In this document: positions 28,106-38,444 of the stretch, one piece after another
How the letters are laid out: each line of letters begins with the position of its first letter
Position numbering within the stretch: position 1 is the stretch's first letter
DNA from: Actinomycetota bacterium
GTDB lineage: Bacteria > Actinomycetota > Actinomycetes > S36-B12
Length of the DNA stretch: 64,000 bases
Direction: 5' to 3'
Assembly: GCA_017857875.1 (NCBI GenBank)
Contig: JAFMCH010000001.1
Span: 67,745-131,744, forward strand
Position numbers and translations under genes: made by a program
Notes under the pieces: generated by a model
Told to the model about the DNA's origin: nothing
Databases searched by the model: none
Seen by the model: only the letters and a program-made list of their open reading frames with translations

Positions 28106-29233
28106 ATGAAGGTACGTCTAGAGCGCGACGTGTTAGCTGATGCTGTGGCTTGGGCCGCTCGCACTCTGCCTTCACGGCCATCCTTGCCTGCCTTAGCCGG
28201 CCTTCTCATTGAGGGCACCGCCACCGAACGGGTGGTTTTGTCAGGTTTTGATCATGAGACGTCCGCACGTGTGGAGATCCCGGCCGACGTAAGCGAAACC
28301 GGACGCGTTTTGGTGCCCGGTCGCCTGCTGGCCGATATCGCTCGGGCACTTCCTGCTCAACCTGTTGAACTCATCCTCGATGGGTCCCGGGTTCAGGTTC
28401 GTTGTGGGCGTTCGTCATTCACCCTGCCGACTTTTTCTGTCGAGGACTACCCCCAACTGCCGGCGATGCCCGACTCTTCGGGCACGATTCCGGGAGTTAC
28501 CTTCGCAGCCGCTGTCGGTCAGGTGGCTATCGCCGCGGGCAAGGACGACACCCTACCCACGCTTACCGGTGTGCGCTTTGAGGTCGTGAACGATCAGGTC
28601 ACGATGGCAGCCACCGACCGTTATCGATTAGCGGTTCGTGAATTAACTTGGACTCCACTCAAGCCTGGCCTGGAGACTCAGGCGTTAATTCCCGCCCGAG
28701 TATTGGCTGATACGGCCAAAGCACTGGCAAATGCCGATGTTGTGCACCTGGCTTTGGCTGAGGGTGGCGCAGGTTTATTGGGATTCAGTGGCGACGGACG
28801 ACGCACCACCACCAGGTTGCTTGACGGTGAATTTCCGAAGTATCGCTCGCTTCTTCCTAGCGAAAGCATGACTGAAGCAGTGTTAGAGACGCAGGAGTTA
28901 GTAGAAGTCGTAAAACGCGTCGCACTTGTTGCGGAACGAAACACACCGCTACGACTAAATTTTTCTGCCAGTGAACTCACATTGACTGCTGGCACTGGTG
29001 ATGAAGCGCGAGCAGTTGAAGCAATGGAATGCGCCCTCGAAGGTGATGACGTAGAGATCGCTTTCAATCCGCAATATCTTCTCGACGGCCTCAGTGCCTT
29101 AGATAATCCTTTCACGCACATGTCTTTCACGATGTCGAGTCGTCCGGCCGTGCTGACCGGGATCGCCGAGCAGGGTGCTAGCCCAACGGGTGACTACCGA
29201 TACTTGTTGATGCCCATTCGTTTACCGGGCTGA
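28106..29233 (+). CDS. dnaN: DNA polymerase III subunit beta
   Basis: 375 aa ORF starting MKVRLERDVLADAVAWAAR and ending with LLMPIRL. Position after dnaA and oriC. Confidence 0.95.
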   Translation: MKVRLERDVLADAVAWAARTLPSRPSLPALAGLLIEGTATERVVLSGFDHETSARVEIPADVSETGRVLVPGRLLADIARALPAQPVELILDGSRVQVRCGRSSFTLPTFSVEDYPQLPAMPDSSGTIPGVTFAAAVGQVAIAAGKDDTLPTLTGVRFEVVNDQVTMAATDRYRLAVRELTWTPLKPGLETQALIPARVLADTAKALANADVVHLALAEGGAGLLGFSGDGRRTTTRLLDGEFPKYRSLLPSESMTEAVLETQELVEVVKRVALVAERNTPLRLNFSASELTLTAGTGDEARAVEAMECALEGDDVEIAFNPQYLLDGLSALDNPFTHMSFTMSSRPAVLTGIAEQGASPTGDYRYLLMPIRLPG

Positions 29234-29242
29234 TCAGAAAAG

Positions 29243-30391
29243 GTGATCGAGCAGCAATCCCATTTGATGGTTCGTCAGTTACATCTGACTAACTTTCGAA
29301 ACTATGAAAGTCTGCTGTTGCCTTTACCAGGTGGCGTTGTCGCTCTCGTTGGTTCGAATGGACAAGGCAAGACAAATATTGCTGAGGCGCTCGGATACCT
29401 GTCCACGTTACGCAGTCATCGGGTTGCTACACAGGCGCCACTGATTCGTCATGGATGTGACAGGGCGGTGATCGCGGCCGAAGTAGTACGCGATGACCGA
29501 TCATTGACTGTAGATCTAGAAATCATTGCAGGACAGGCAAATAAGGGACGCATAAATAAAGTGCCCGTCGCGCGAGCCCGTGAAGTACTGGGGGTGTTGA
29601 ACACCGTCACCTTTGCACCCGAAGACTTGGCATTAGTGAGAGGAGATCCAGCAGAACGCAGACTATTCCTCGACACTCTTGCAACACAACGTCATTCGAG
29701 AATTGCTGGAGTTATTTCCGACTACGAACGAGTTCTCAAACAACGCAATGCGTTGTTGAAATCCACCGGTCGCACCCATCGGGGTAATGATCCCAATATC
29801 GCCTCAACGTTGAGTGTGTGGGACGAGCAGTTGGTGAGATTCGGTAGCGAAATCATGCTCGCCCGTGCCGATTTGATCGACCAGCTGCGCCCTTTATGCG
29901 CAAGGATCTATCAGGAGTTAGCTCCTGATAGCGACGCTCTCGAGTTGAACTATGTAGACACGGTGGGCGGGAATGCGATTAACGGCACCCAAGAAGAACT
30001 TGAGACGGCCTTCATGTTGGTTCTAGCGGAAAAACGACATCAGGAACTAGATCGAGGGGTCAGCCTGGTGGGGCCACATCGAGATGATCTTCGGCTGATG
30101 CTCGGCCAGGCACCGGTCAAGGGATATGCCTCGCATGGTGAGTCGTGGTCGGTGGCCTTGGCTGCGCGCCTGGCGTCATATGAATTGCTTTCGCGTGAAC
30201 GAGCGACCCCCGTGTTGATTTTGGATGATGTCTTTGCTGAGCTTGATGCGCGTCGTCGAATGCTTCTTGCTGAGCGCGTCATGTCGGCTCCACAGGTTTT
30301 GATTACCGCGGCGGTCGACGAGGACGTGCCGGGTGATTTCGTGACATCGTGGTTTCAGGTGCGTCAAGGGGAGGTGGTTGAACGTGGATGA
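29243..30391 (+). CDS. recF: DNA replication/repair protein RecF
   Basis: Walker A GSNGQGKTNIAEAL, the SMC-like signature, and Walker B LILDDVFAELD. Confidence 0.9.
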   Translation: MIEQQSHLMVRQLHLTNFRNYESLLLPLPGGVVALVGSNGQGKTNIAEALGYLSTLRSHRVATQAPLIRHGCDRAVIAAEVVRDDRSLTVDLEIIAGQANKGRINKVPVARAREVLGVLNTVTFAPEDLALVRGDPAERRLFLDTLATQRHSRIAGVISDYERVLKQRNALLKSTGRTHRGNDPNIASTLSVWDEQLVRFGSEIMLARADLIDQLRPLCARIYQELAPDSDALELNYVDTVGGNAINGTQEELETAFMLVLAEKRHQELDRGVSLVGPHRDDLRLMLGQAPVKGYASHGESWSVALAARLASYELLSRERATPVLILDDVFAELDARRRMLLAERVMSAPQVLITAAVDEDVPGDFVTSWFQVRQGEVVERG

Positions 30392-30914
30392 GAATAATGC
30401 GTCCGTGCCAGACCCCACCCGAACATCCATGGGTCAGTGGCTGTCGCGTCGTATTCGGGCAGCGGGTCGCGGGGTACCGGGAGCATCGGGTGGTCGGGGT
30501 CGCCGCCATCGGCGTAGTTACACACAAACCAGTTCGCCGGCGCCTGACAGCCGGGATCCACAACTGGCCGGATCAGTAATGTCCTCATGGCTAGATGACC
30601 GCGGTTATCAACCTCAGGCTGCGGCGGGCAATGTGGCCGCTCAGTGGGAACACATCGCCGGGGCCGATGTGGCCGCCCACGTTGCCGCTGAGGTTATCGA
30701 TACCGATCAGGGCCGACTCTTGGTGCTACAGGCAGACTCCACGACCTGGGCCACACAGATGACCCTTCTCCTGCCGAAACTACGTGATCGAGTTATCGAC
30801 GTGGTGGGCCCTGGGGTAATCGATGACATCACCATTGTTGGTCCCACACAGCCGGCCACATTCCGTGGCCGCTGGCGGGTCAAGGGCCGCGGTGTACGCG
30901 ACACCTACGGGTAG
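30378..30914 (+). CDS. DUF721/DciA-family protein (Rv0004 position)
   Basis: 178 aa ORF with a basic disordered N-terminus and a C-terminal DUF721-like region (LLVLQADSTTWATQMTLLLPKL). It lies between recF and gyrB. The TTG/GTG start overlaps the recF stop. Confidence 0.75.
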   Translation: MNVDENNASVPDPTRTSMGQWLSRRIRAAGRGVPGASGGRGRRHRRSYTQTSSPAPDSRDPQLAGSVMSSWLDDRGYQPQAAAGNVAAQWEHIAGADVAAHVAAEVIDTDQGRLLVLQADSTTWATQMTLLLPKLRDRVIDVVGPGVIDDITIVGPTQPATFRGRWRVKGRGVRDTYG

Positions 30915-31099
30915 TTGAACAGGGTCAACAATCCGCACCTGGGGGATTCAGGCACTTTTTGTGCTCAGTGACATATAGGTGGTCACAGAGGCCCTTGTTA
31001 CTGCGTTCACGGTGTCTTCTAGCGCGTGTACGGGTATCTCACAGGGCCATATCAGGCTAGGATGAAGACTTCATCAGATCAACAGGAGGCCTGACCGCC

Positions 31100-33079
31100 G
31101 TGTCTTATGACGCCAGTGACATTACCGTCCTTGAAGGCCTTGATGCTGTTCGTAAACGCCCCGGCATGTATATCGGGTCAACGGGCGAAAAAGGATTGCA
31201 TCACCTGGTCTATGAAGTGGTTGATAATTCCGTAGATGAGGCGATGGCGGGCTATGCCACCACTATTTCAGTAACCCTGCGCCCTGATGGAGGCGTCACG
31301 GTTGTTGATAACGGGCGCGGCATTCCAGTTGATGAACACCCGATCGAAAAGAAACCAGCTCTTGAAGTGGTGCTCACGGTGCTCCATGCCGGTGGCAAGT
31401 TCGGTGGCGGTGGCTACCAGGTATCCGGTGGCCTGCACGGTGTGGGCGTATCTGTGGTCAACGCCCTTTCCCATCGTTTGCAGGTGCAGGTCAGCCGTGA
31501 CGGATACGTCTGGCGGCAGACTTATGCGCACGGGGTTCCCACCGCACCGCTCGAGCGTGGCGAGGCCACGACCGATCACGGCACTAGTTTGACTTTTTGG
31601 GCCGATCCAGAGATTTTCGAAACCACCGAATACAGCATGGAAACTCTGTCGCGTCGTTTTCAAGAGATGGCTTTTTTGAATCGGGGCTTGAGTTTATCGC
31701 TCACCGATGCCCGTGACGTTGAGCCTGATTCGATAGCAATTGATGCACCAGAGGGCAATCCCCTCGACGCCACACCACTACGCGAGGTCACGTATCAATA
31801 TGAGGGCGGAATCGCCGATTTCGTTCGTCATCTCAATGCCAGTCGAGGTGAGGGCAACCCGACTGTGATTGAAGTGGGTGCCGAGGCTGAGGATCATCGC
31901 ATGGCCGCGGAGGTGGCCATGCAATGGAACTCCGGTTTCGCTGAAAGCGTGCACACTTTTGCCAACACGATCAACACCACCGAGGGCGGCACACACGAAG
32001 AGGGCTTTCGCACCGCGATGACATCCCTAATGAATAAGTTCGCGCGTGAGTGGGGGGTGCTGAAAGAAAAGGACGTCAACCTCACCGGTGAAGACATACG
32101 CGAAGGCCTCACCGCGATCATCAGTGTCAAGCTCACCGAGCCGCAGTTTGAAGGCCAAACCAAATCCAAGTTAGGCAATACCGAGATGAAGGCCTTTGTC
32201 CAAAAGGTGGTCAACGATCAATTGGGCGCCTGGTTTGAGGCTAATCCTGCCGAAGGCAAAGAGATTGCCCGCAAAGCAATCAACGCTGCGTCAGCACGTA
32301 TCGCTGCCCGCAAGGCCCGTGATCTGGCTCGCAACCGCAAGGGCTTACTCGGTGGAGCCGGCATGCCCGGCAAGTTGATCGACTGCTCAAGTCGTGAACC
32401 TGAAGAGTGTGAGGTGTTCATCGTCGAGGGCGACTCGGCTGGTGGCTCGGCTCGACAGGGGCGCGACCCGAGAATCCAAGCGATCCTGCCTATTCGCGGA
32501 AAGATCCTCAACGTTGAGAAGGCGCGCATCGACAAGGTGCTTGCCAATAACGAGGTGCAGGCGCTCGTTTCTGCCCTGGGCACCGGCGTACACGACGACT
32601 TCGATATGAATCGGTTGCGCTATCACAAGCTTGTCTTAATGGCTGATGCTGACGTAGACGGTCAACACATCCGCACCCTGCTACTGACCCTGATTTTCAG
32701 GTTCATGCGGCCACTGGTTGATGCTGGCCGGGTTTATCTGGCCCAGCCACCGTTGTACAAACTCAAGTGGCAGCGCGACACCCCCGACTATGCGTACTCC
32801 GATCGAGAACGCGATGCGTTGACGGCGGCCGGGTTGGCAGCCGGAAAGAAGTTACCGAAAGAAGAAGGTGTGCAGAGATACAAAGGCCTCGGTGAAATGA
32901 ATGCCGATGAATTGTGGGAAACAACCATGGATCCCGAACGCCGAGTGTTGCTTCGCATCACCCTCGAAGATGCCGCTATGGCGGACGAGACTTTTACTGT
33001 GCTGATGGGTGAGGATGTTGAATCTCGCCGAAACTTCATCCAACGTAACGCTCGCGACGTGCGTTTTCTTGATATCTGA
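31100..33079 (+). CDS. gyrB: DNA gyrase subunit B
   Basis: [18 protein letters not shown], the GHKL ATPase motifs, the [18 protein letters not shown], and PLYKLK. Confidence 0.96.
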   Translation: MSYDASDITVLEGLDAVRKRPGMYIGSTGEKGLHHLVYEVVDNSVDEAMAGYATTISVTLRPDGGVTVVDNGRGIPVDEHPIEKKPALEVVLTVLHAGGKFGGGGYQVSGGLHGVGVSVVNALSHRLQVQVSRDGYVWRQTYAHGVPTAPLERGEATTDHGTSLTFWADPEIFETTEYSMETLSRRFQEMAFLNRGLSLSLTDARDVEPDSIAIDAPEGNPLDATPLREVTYQYEGGIADFVRHLNASRGEGNPTVIEVGAEAEDHRMAAEVAMQWNSGFAESVHTFANTINTTEGGTHEEGFRTAMTSLMNKFAREWGVLKEKDVNLTGEDIREGLTAIISVKLTEPQFEGQTKSKLGNTEMKAFVQKVVNDQLGAWFEANPAEGKEIARKAINAASARIAARKARDLARNRKGLLGGAGMPGKLIDCSSREPEECEVFIVEGDSAGGSARQGRDPRIQAILPIRGKILNVEKARIDKVLANNEVQALVSALGTGVHDDFDMNRLRYHKLVLMADADVDGQHIRTLLLTLIFRFMRPLVDAGRVYLAQPPLYKLKWQRDTPDYAYSDRERDALTAAGLAAGKKLPKEEGVQRYKGLGEMNADELWETTMDPERRVLLRITLEDAAMADETFTVLMGEDVESRRNFIQRNARDVRFLDI

Positions 33080-33093
33080 CCGGGAGCATTGAC

Positions 33094-35634
33094 GTGACTG
33101 AGCAACCTGTAAGCACCCACGGGCGAATCGAACCGATCGACCTCCAGGTCGAAATGGAACGCTCCTATTTGGACTATTCCATGAGCGTCATCGTTTCTCG
33201 CGCGCTACCCGATGTTCGCGACGGCCTTAAGCCCGTGCATCGTCGTGTCCTTTACGCCATGTACGACGGTGGCTATCGGCCTGATCGCAACTTCTCTAAA
33301 TCTGCCCGCGTGGTGGGCGATGTCATGGGTTCTTATCACCCACATGGTGACTCCGCGATCTATGACGCCCTCGTGCGACTAGCCCAACCCTGGTCCCTTC
33401 GCTATCCACTAGTGCAGGGTCAAGGAAACTTCGGGTCGCCAGGCAACGATCCGCCAGCAGCCCAGCGCTACACCGAATGTCGCATGGCTCCGTTGGCGAT
33501 GCAAATGGTGCGAGATATCGACGAGGACACCGTTGATTTCGCCCCCAACTACGACGGGCGCACCCTTGAACCCGTTGTCTTACCAAGCCGTTTTCCTAAT
33601 CTTCTCGTTAATGGCAGTGCCGGTATTGCAGTGGGAATGGCCACCAATATTCCGCCGCAGAACCTACGTGAGGTGGCCGCCGGGGTCGAGTGGATGCTTG
33701 ACCACCCTGAGGCCTCGGCAGAAGACGCCCAGGCAGCACTCGTGGAGCGAGTGCAGGGACCAGACTTTCCCACCGGTGGTCTGATCGTCGGTCGTCGAGG
33801 CATCAACGATGCCTATCGAACCGGGCGCGGTTCGATCACGATGCGCGCTGTGGTGACCGTCGAGGAAGACGCGAAGGGTCGTCAGTCACTCCTGGTTACC
33901 GAACTTCCCTACCAGGTCAACCCCGATAATCTGTTGCTACGTATCGCCGAATTAGTCAGTGATGGCAAGTTAGGCGGCATCTCTGATGTTCGTGATGATT
34001 CATCCTCGCGCACGGGTATGCGTTTGATAATCGATCTTAAGCGCGATGCTGTGGCTCAGGTTGTCTTAAACAATCTCTACAAGCAGACCCAGCTCCAAGA
34101 AACCTTTGGCGCCAACATGTTGGCGTTGGTTGACGGTATTCCGCGCACACTTTCACTTGAGCAATTTGTTAGAGCATGGATCACTCATCAGATTGAGGTC
34201 ATTCAACGACGCACAAGGTACCGGTTACGTAAAGCTGAAGAGCGAGCGCACATTTTGCGCGGTTACCTTAAGGCCCTTGATGCACTCGATGAAGTCATTG
34301 CGTTGATTCGTGCGTCGGCAACCGTTGAGGATGCACGCACCGGTTTGATGACATTGCTTGAGATCGACGAGATTCAGTCGACCGCGATCTTAGACATGCA
34401 ATTAAGGCGTCTAGCAGCCATGGAGCGCCAAAAGATCATTGATGAGTTTGATGAACTGATGCGCAAGATCACCGACTACAACGACATCCTGGGTTCACCC
34501 GAGCGTCAACGCAGCATTGTTCGCAGCGAACTTGCTGAGGTCGTTGCTGATTTTGGTGACGAGCGTCGCACGCAGTTTGTGCCCTGGGACGGCGATGTCA
34601 CCGATGAAGATCTCATTGCCGAAAGCGATGTTGTTGTCACTATCACCGCTGGCGGTTACGCCAAGCGCACCAACACCGACCTGTATCGCGCCCAACGTCG
34701 CGGTGGCCGTGGTGTCAAGGGCGCGCAACTACGCAGTGACGATGTTGTCGAGCACTTCTTTGTCACCACCACTCATCACTGGATTTTGTTTTTCACGACC
34801 AAAGGCCGGGTATACCGGGCGAAGGCGTATCAGTTACCTGAGGCCGGGCGAGATGCTCGTGGGCAACACGTAGCGAATTTGCTGGCCTTTCAGCCCGACG
34901 AGCAGATAGCTCAGGTGCTCACCTTGCGCGACTACGCGGCCTCCCCTTATTTGGTCCTGGCTACGCGCCGGGGCATGGTCAAAAAGACCCGACTTGGTGA
35001 CTTTGATTCCAATCGCACCGGTGGTGTCATCGCGATCAATTTGGCTGAGCAAGATGAGCTCATATCCGCGCGGTTGGTAGCCGGTGACGACGACCTACTA
35101 CTGGTGTCACGTAAGGGTATGTCCGCGCGCTTCACTGCCAGTGACGAGCAGCTTCGACCCATGGGCAGAGCCACCGCGGGTGTCATTGGTATGCGATTTA
35201 GAGGCGAGGATGAACTACTCGCGATGGATGTTGTGCACCCTGATTCTTTCGTCGTAACAGTCACCGACGGCGGTTTCGCTAAGCGCACGCCCGTGGACGA
35301 CTGGGCGGCCAAGGGTCGAGGGATCTTGGGTGTGCGGGCGATGCGTTTGGTTGAGGAGCGCGGCAGTCTCGTTGGCGCGGTCGTGTGTTCACTTGACGAT
35401 GAGATATTCGCTGTTGCCTCCGATGGGGTGGTGATCCGTACGCAGGTCGAGGGCATTCGCGCATCGGGACGCGACACGATGGGCGTGCGATTGATGAACC
35501 TCGGTGATGATCGGTCGTTGGTGGCTATTGCTCGGGCGAGTGAACTGAGTTCGATAGACGATCTGGATACGCCGGCGGATCTAGATGTTCCGGCGGATCT
35601 AGATGTCCCGGCTGAAGGAGATATCTCGGGTTAG
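33094..35634 (+). CDS. gyrA: DNA gyrase subunit A
   Basis: [16 protein letters not shown], the QRDR region [14 protein letters not shown], the catalytic AAQRYTE, and a C-terminal beta-pinwheel plus acidic tail. Confidence 0.96.
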   Translation: MTEQPVSTHGRIEPIDLQVEMERSYLDYSMSVIVSRALPDVRDGLKPVHRRVLYAMYDGGYRPDRNFSKSARVVGDVMGSYHPHGDSAIYDALVRLAQPWSLRYPLVQGQGNFGSPGNDPPAAQRYTECRMAPLAMQMVRDIDEDTVDFAPNYDGRTLEPVVLPSRFPNLLVNGSAGIAVGMATNIPPQNLREVAAGVEWMLDHPEASAEDAQAALVERVQGPDFPTGGLIVGRRGINDAYRTGRGSITMRAVVTVEEDAKGRQSLLVTELPYQVNPDNLLLRIAELVSDGKLGGISDVRDDSSSRTGMRLIIDLKRDAVAQVVLNNLYKQTQLQETFGANMLALVDGIPRTLSLEQFVRAWITHQIEVIQRRTRYRLRKAEERAHILRGYLKALDALDEVIALIRASATVEDARTGLMTLLEIDEIQSTAILDMQLRRLAAMERQKIIDEFDELMRKITDYNDILGSPERQRSIVRSELAEVVADFGDERRTQFVPWDGDVTDEDLIAESDVVVTITAGGYAKRTNTDLYRAQRRGGRGVKGAQLRSDDVVEHFFVTTTHHWILFFTTKGRVYRAKAYQLPEAGRDARGQHVANLLAFQPDEQIAQVLTLRDYAASPYLVLATRRGMVKKTRLGDFDSNRTGGVIAINLAEQDELISARLVAGDDDLLLVSRKGMSARFTASDEQLRPMGRATAGVIGMRFRGEDELLAMDVVHPDSFVVTVTDGGFAKRTPVDDWAAKGRGILGVRAMRLVEERGSLVGAVVCSLDDEIFAVASDGVVIRTQVEGIRASGRDTMGVRLMNLGDDRSLVAIARASELSSIDDLDTPADLDVPADLDVPAEGDISG
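35560..35613 (+). repeat. 3 x 18-bp tandem repeat encoding DLD(T/V)PA in the GyrA C-terminal acidic tail
   Basis: The three consecutive units are gatctggatacgccggcg, gatctagatgttccggcg and gatctagatgtcccggct. Confidence 0.85.
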
Positions 35635-35674
35635 GCTTGTTTCGAAGGCGGTCGCGTGACGAGAGGGTGAGGTA

Positions 35675-36253
35675 ATGACACAGGTGTCTAGTCAGCCAAC
35701 CCCAATCGGCCGCCGCCTAGGCGAACCTCCTGTCACACCCAGTACACCAATAGCACCGGCGCCACCACCACCCCCGCCAGCGGTCGTGCGCGCACCAGGT
35801 CGTTTCGCTGCCGTGAGTACTGACACCCCACCCGAGGGCACACCCCGCGTGGGCGAGGCCAATCCCGCACCGGGCAATCAGCCGGGACCGCGTCGAGCCC
35901 GGCTGTATCTGGCCCGGGTGAATCCGTGGTCGGTGGTCAAAGTGAGTTTCATGCTGTCGGTGGCCATGGCTGTTGTCATCGTCACCGCGGTGAGTGCGAT
36001 GTGGTGGGCGCTTGATTACAGCGGTGTTTTTCTCACTCTCGCTCGCACTGTCGACGATGTGATTGGTGCTGGCACGACCACCTTTGATCTGCTCGCCCTG
36101 GTCGCCTTCCCCCGGGTTTTTGGAGCGGCGATTGTTCTAGCAGCCCTGGAAATTGTGCTTGTTTCTGTTCTGGCCGGCCTGTTTGCCGTGCTCTACAACC
36201 TGACCGTGGGCATTACCGGCGGTGCGGAGGTCACCTTCTCGGATGCGGTCTGA
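35675..36253 (+). CDS. DUF3566-like membrane protein (Rv0007 position)
   Basis: 192 aa ORF with a Pro-rich N-terminus, RRARLYLARVNPWSVVKVSF, and two TM helices. It follows gyrA directly, as in other Actinobacteria. Confidence 0.7.
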   Translation: MTQVSSQPTPIGRRLGEPPVTPSTPIAPAPPPPPPAVVRAPGRFAAVSTDTPPEGTPRVGEANPAPGNQPGPRRARLYLARVNPWSVVKVSFMLSVAMAVVIVTAVSAMWWALDYSGVFLTLARTVDDVIGAGTTTFDLLALVAFPRVFGAAIVLAALEIVLVSVLAGLFAVLYNLTVGITGGAEVTFSDAV

Positions 36254-36294
36254 TCAAGGTGTGTACCCTGGTCGCTGGCCCCTCGGGGTTGTTC

Positions 36295-36369
36295 GGGCCT
36301 ATAGCTCAGCTCGGTTAGAGCGCTTCCCTGATAAGGAAGAGGTCGATGGTTCAAGTCCATCTAGGCCCA
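36295..36369 (+). tRNA. tRNA-Ile (anticodon GAT)
   Basis: A cloverleaf can be folded by hand: acceptor GGGCCTA/TAGGCCC, D-arm GCTC..GAGC, anticodon stem CTTCC/GGAAG with loop CTGATAA, T-arm with GGTTCAAGTCC. No CCA is encoded. Confidence 0.9.
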
Positions 36370-36370
36370 C

Positions 36371-36496
36371 ATGAAGAAACTATTGCTACTCGTTGCCCTT
36401 GCCGGTGTTGGCTACCTTGTGTACCGACAGATCCAGGCCTCCAAGGCGGAGGATGATCTGTGGACCGAGGCAACCATGGCGCCTGACCTAACCTAG
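36371..36496 (+). CDS. DLW-39-type small membrane protein (41 aa) between the two tRNA genes
   Basis: MKKLLLLVALAGVGYLVYRQIQASKAEDDLWTEATMAPDLT. It has one TM helix plus a DLW motif and fits exactly between tRNA-Ile and tRNA-Ala. I recall a conserved actinobacterial family of this name and location. Confidence 0.6.
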   Translation: MKKLLLLVALAGVGYLVYRQIQASKAEDDLWTEATMAPDLT

Positions 36497-36502
36497 CCCA
36501 CC

Positions 36503-36575
36503 GGGGGCTTAGCTCAGCTGGTAGAGCGCTGCCTTTGCAAGGCAGAAGTCAGGGGTTCGAGTCCCCTAGCCTCCA
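36503..36575 (+). tRNA. tRNA-Ala (anticodon TGC)
   Basis: Acceptor GGGGGCT/AGCCTCC with the G3:U70 Ala identity pair, anticodon stem CTGCC/GGCAG with loop TTTGCAA, T-arm GGTTCGAGTCC. No CCA is encoded. Confidence 0.9.
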
Positions 36576-36598
36576 CGCACATCCCGGCGTGCCAGACT

Positions 36599-37138
36599 GT
36601 GGCCATGACCACTCCCACGTCGAATATGACCGCCACCTTGCACACGTCCCTAGGCGATATCAACGTCATTCTTTTCCCTGACCACGCCCCCAAGACCGTG
36701 GAGAACTTCGTTGGTCTGGCTGAGGGCACCAAGGAGTGGACCGATCCAACGACACGCAGCAAATCCACTGCGCCGATGTATGACGGCACTATCTTCCACC
36801 GGATCATCCCCGGTTTCATGATCCAAGGTGGCGATCCACTGGGCACCGGCACGGGCGGCCCGGGCTACCGGTTCAACGATGAGTTTCACCCCGAACTGTC
36901 CTTCGATCGCCCCTACCTTTTGGCCATGGCAAATGCCGGCCCCAACACCAACGGATCACAGTTCTTCATCACCGTTGCACCCACCACGTGGCTAAATTTC
37001 AAGCACTCCATCTTCGGTGAGGTCGCCGATCAACCCTCACGTGACGTCGTCGATGCGATGGCCGCGGTCACCACCGGGGGCCAAGATCGTCCCGTCGAAC
37101 CCATCACGATCACCGGCATCTCCGTCAATCGCGGGTGA
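36599..37138 (+). CDS. ppiA: peptidyl-prolyl cis-trans isomerase (cyclophilin type)
   Basis: FHRIIPGFMIQGGDP and LAMANAGPNTNGSQFFIT. Confidence 0.92.
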   Translation: MAMTTPTSNMTATLHTSLGDINVILFPDHAPKTVENFVGLAEGTKEWTDPTTRSKSTAPMYDGTIFHRIIPGFMIQGGDPLGTGTGGPGYRFNDEFHPELSFDRPYLLAMANAGPNTNGSQFFITVAPTTWLNFKHSIFGEVADQPSRDVVDAMAAVTTGGQDRPVEPITITGISVNRG

Positions 37139-38004
37139 GTGCACCTACTCCACCCCCTGTTCCCCCCGGATGCGCACGCCATCTGGATCGACCGACCTTT
37201 GTTCGATGTACTCGATGCCAGGCGCCGATCTGCCCCGAATGCATGAACCAGGCGGCGGTGGGCTTTCAGTGTCCTGATTGCGTGCAGGCCGGCGCTACGC
37301 AGATGCGCGGGGCCACCACGGTCTCGGGTGGGGCACTCATCACGAAGCCGCGCGTCACCTACACCCTCATTGGCCTTAACCTCGCCATCTTCCTTGCTCA
37401 GCTTCTCGTGGGTATCAACGAATTAGCTGTCGATTACGGCATGTGGCCTTTTGGTATTGCGGTTGATGACCAGTGGTGGCGCCTAGTCACCTCGGCGTTC
37501 CTCCATGGATCCATCTTGCACATTGCGTTCAACATGTATGTGTTGTTCGTGCTTGGCCCACCCCTCGAGCGCATCCTCGGCCATGCTCGCTACCTGGTGC
37601 TGTACATCGTTGCCGCATTAGGTGGCAGCGTGGCGTCCTATGCCTTCAGTGATATTCGCACGGTGTCGGTGGGTGCATCGGGCGCGATCTTTGGGCTGAT
37701 GGGCGCCCTCATCGTGGCCGGTCGACGCTTGAAGGCTGATATTCGACAGGTTGCGGTGCTTCTGGCGATAAACATCGTGATCGGATTCATCGCCCCCGGA
37801 GTCGATTGGCGAGCGCATCTTGGGGGTCTGGTGGTGGGTGCGGCGATGGCTGCGGTTTTGGTCCACACCCCGGGTTTATTCGACCAACGCCGGGGCCTGT
37901 GGCAGGTCGGCGGCAGCGTCGGAATTCTGGCGGTGTTACTTGTGGTTACCATGTGGCGTACAGGTGAGATTGTGACGTATGTGGCGCCATTGGGGATTAC
38001 CTAA
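37135..38004 (+). CDS. rhomboid family intramembrane serine protease with N-terminal zinc-ribbon-like Cys cluster
   Basis: N-terminal CTRCQAPICPEC...CPDC, the rhomboid motifs FLHGSILHIAFNM and GASGAIFGLMG, and a C-terminal H in AHLGG. Confidence 0.85.
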   Translation: MSAPTPPPVPPGCARHLDRPTFVRCTRCQAPICPECMNQAAVGFQCPDCVQAGATQMRGATTVSGGALITKPRVTYTLIGLNLAIFLAQLLVGINELAVDYGMWPFGIAVDDQWWRLVTSAFLHGSILHIAFNMYVLFVLGPPLERILGHARYLVLYIVAALGGSVASYAFSDIRTVSVGASGAIFGLMGALIVAGRRLKADIRQVAVLLAINIVIGFIAPGVDWRAHLGGLVVGAAMAAVLVHTPGLFDQRRGLWQVGGSVGILAVLLVVTMWRTGEIVTYVAPLGIT

Positions 38005-38010
38005 AGAGGA

Positions 38011-38030
38011 TTGTCCACAGGGTTATCCCC
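38011..38030. promoter_or_regulatory. DnaA-box-like pair outside oriC (TTGTCCACA ggg TTATCCCCA)
   Basis: A perfect actinobacterial consensus box lies at 38011-38019. At 38022-38030 is a box whose core TATCCCCA equals the reverse complement of the oriC box at 27801-27809. A further TTGGGGATT lies at 37990-37998. Confidence 0.4.
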
Positions 38031-38086
38031 AGTTGGGGAGAACTACATGAGTGTGAGTCGATACGCCCGGGTCGGGCCGCGATCGG

Positions 38087-38350
38087 TTAGCGCCAGCGGG
38101 TAGAGACGACGAAACCGCCGGTGATGAAGGCGAACCCGATGATCACGTTCACTAGCGGATTGAGATCGCGCATGATCGGGATGTCTTGACCGGCGATGTA
38201 GAACGTCACGATGTAGACCAACCCGATGACAAATAGCGTCACCATCGTGGGTGCCACCCATGGGCTGGCGCCCACGCGGACAGGCGTGCGATCAGATTTC
38301 GACGCGGGGGCCTCGTAGTTGTCCTTCTTGCGTCCTTTGGACTCAGGCAC
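38087..38350 (-). CDS. crgA: cell division protein CrgA
   Basis: 87 aa ORF with N-terminus MPESKGRKK, two TM helices, and C-terminus ...GGFVVSTRWR, typical of CrgA. Confidence 0.88.
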   Translation of the reverse strand: MPESKGRKKDNYEAPASKSDRTPVRVGASPWVAPTMVTLFVIGLVYIVTFYIAGQDIPIMRDLNPLVNVIIGFAFITGGFVVSTRWR

Positions 38351-38444
38351 GGGGTCCTCCTTGCGATCTGTGAGAGTGATTACCTGGTCGGCTCACGACC
38401 CGGTCTGTTGAGTTCCTAGCCTAGCCGTAGGTCACACTAAGGGC

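Noticed and set aside
38065-38077. Short hairpin GCCCG-GGT-CGGGC between the convergent rhomboid and crgA genes as a bidirectional terminator
   Set aside because: The stem is only 5 bp and lacks a U-tract on either strand, which is insufficient to call a terminator.
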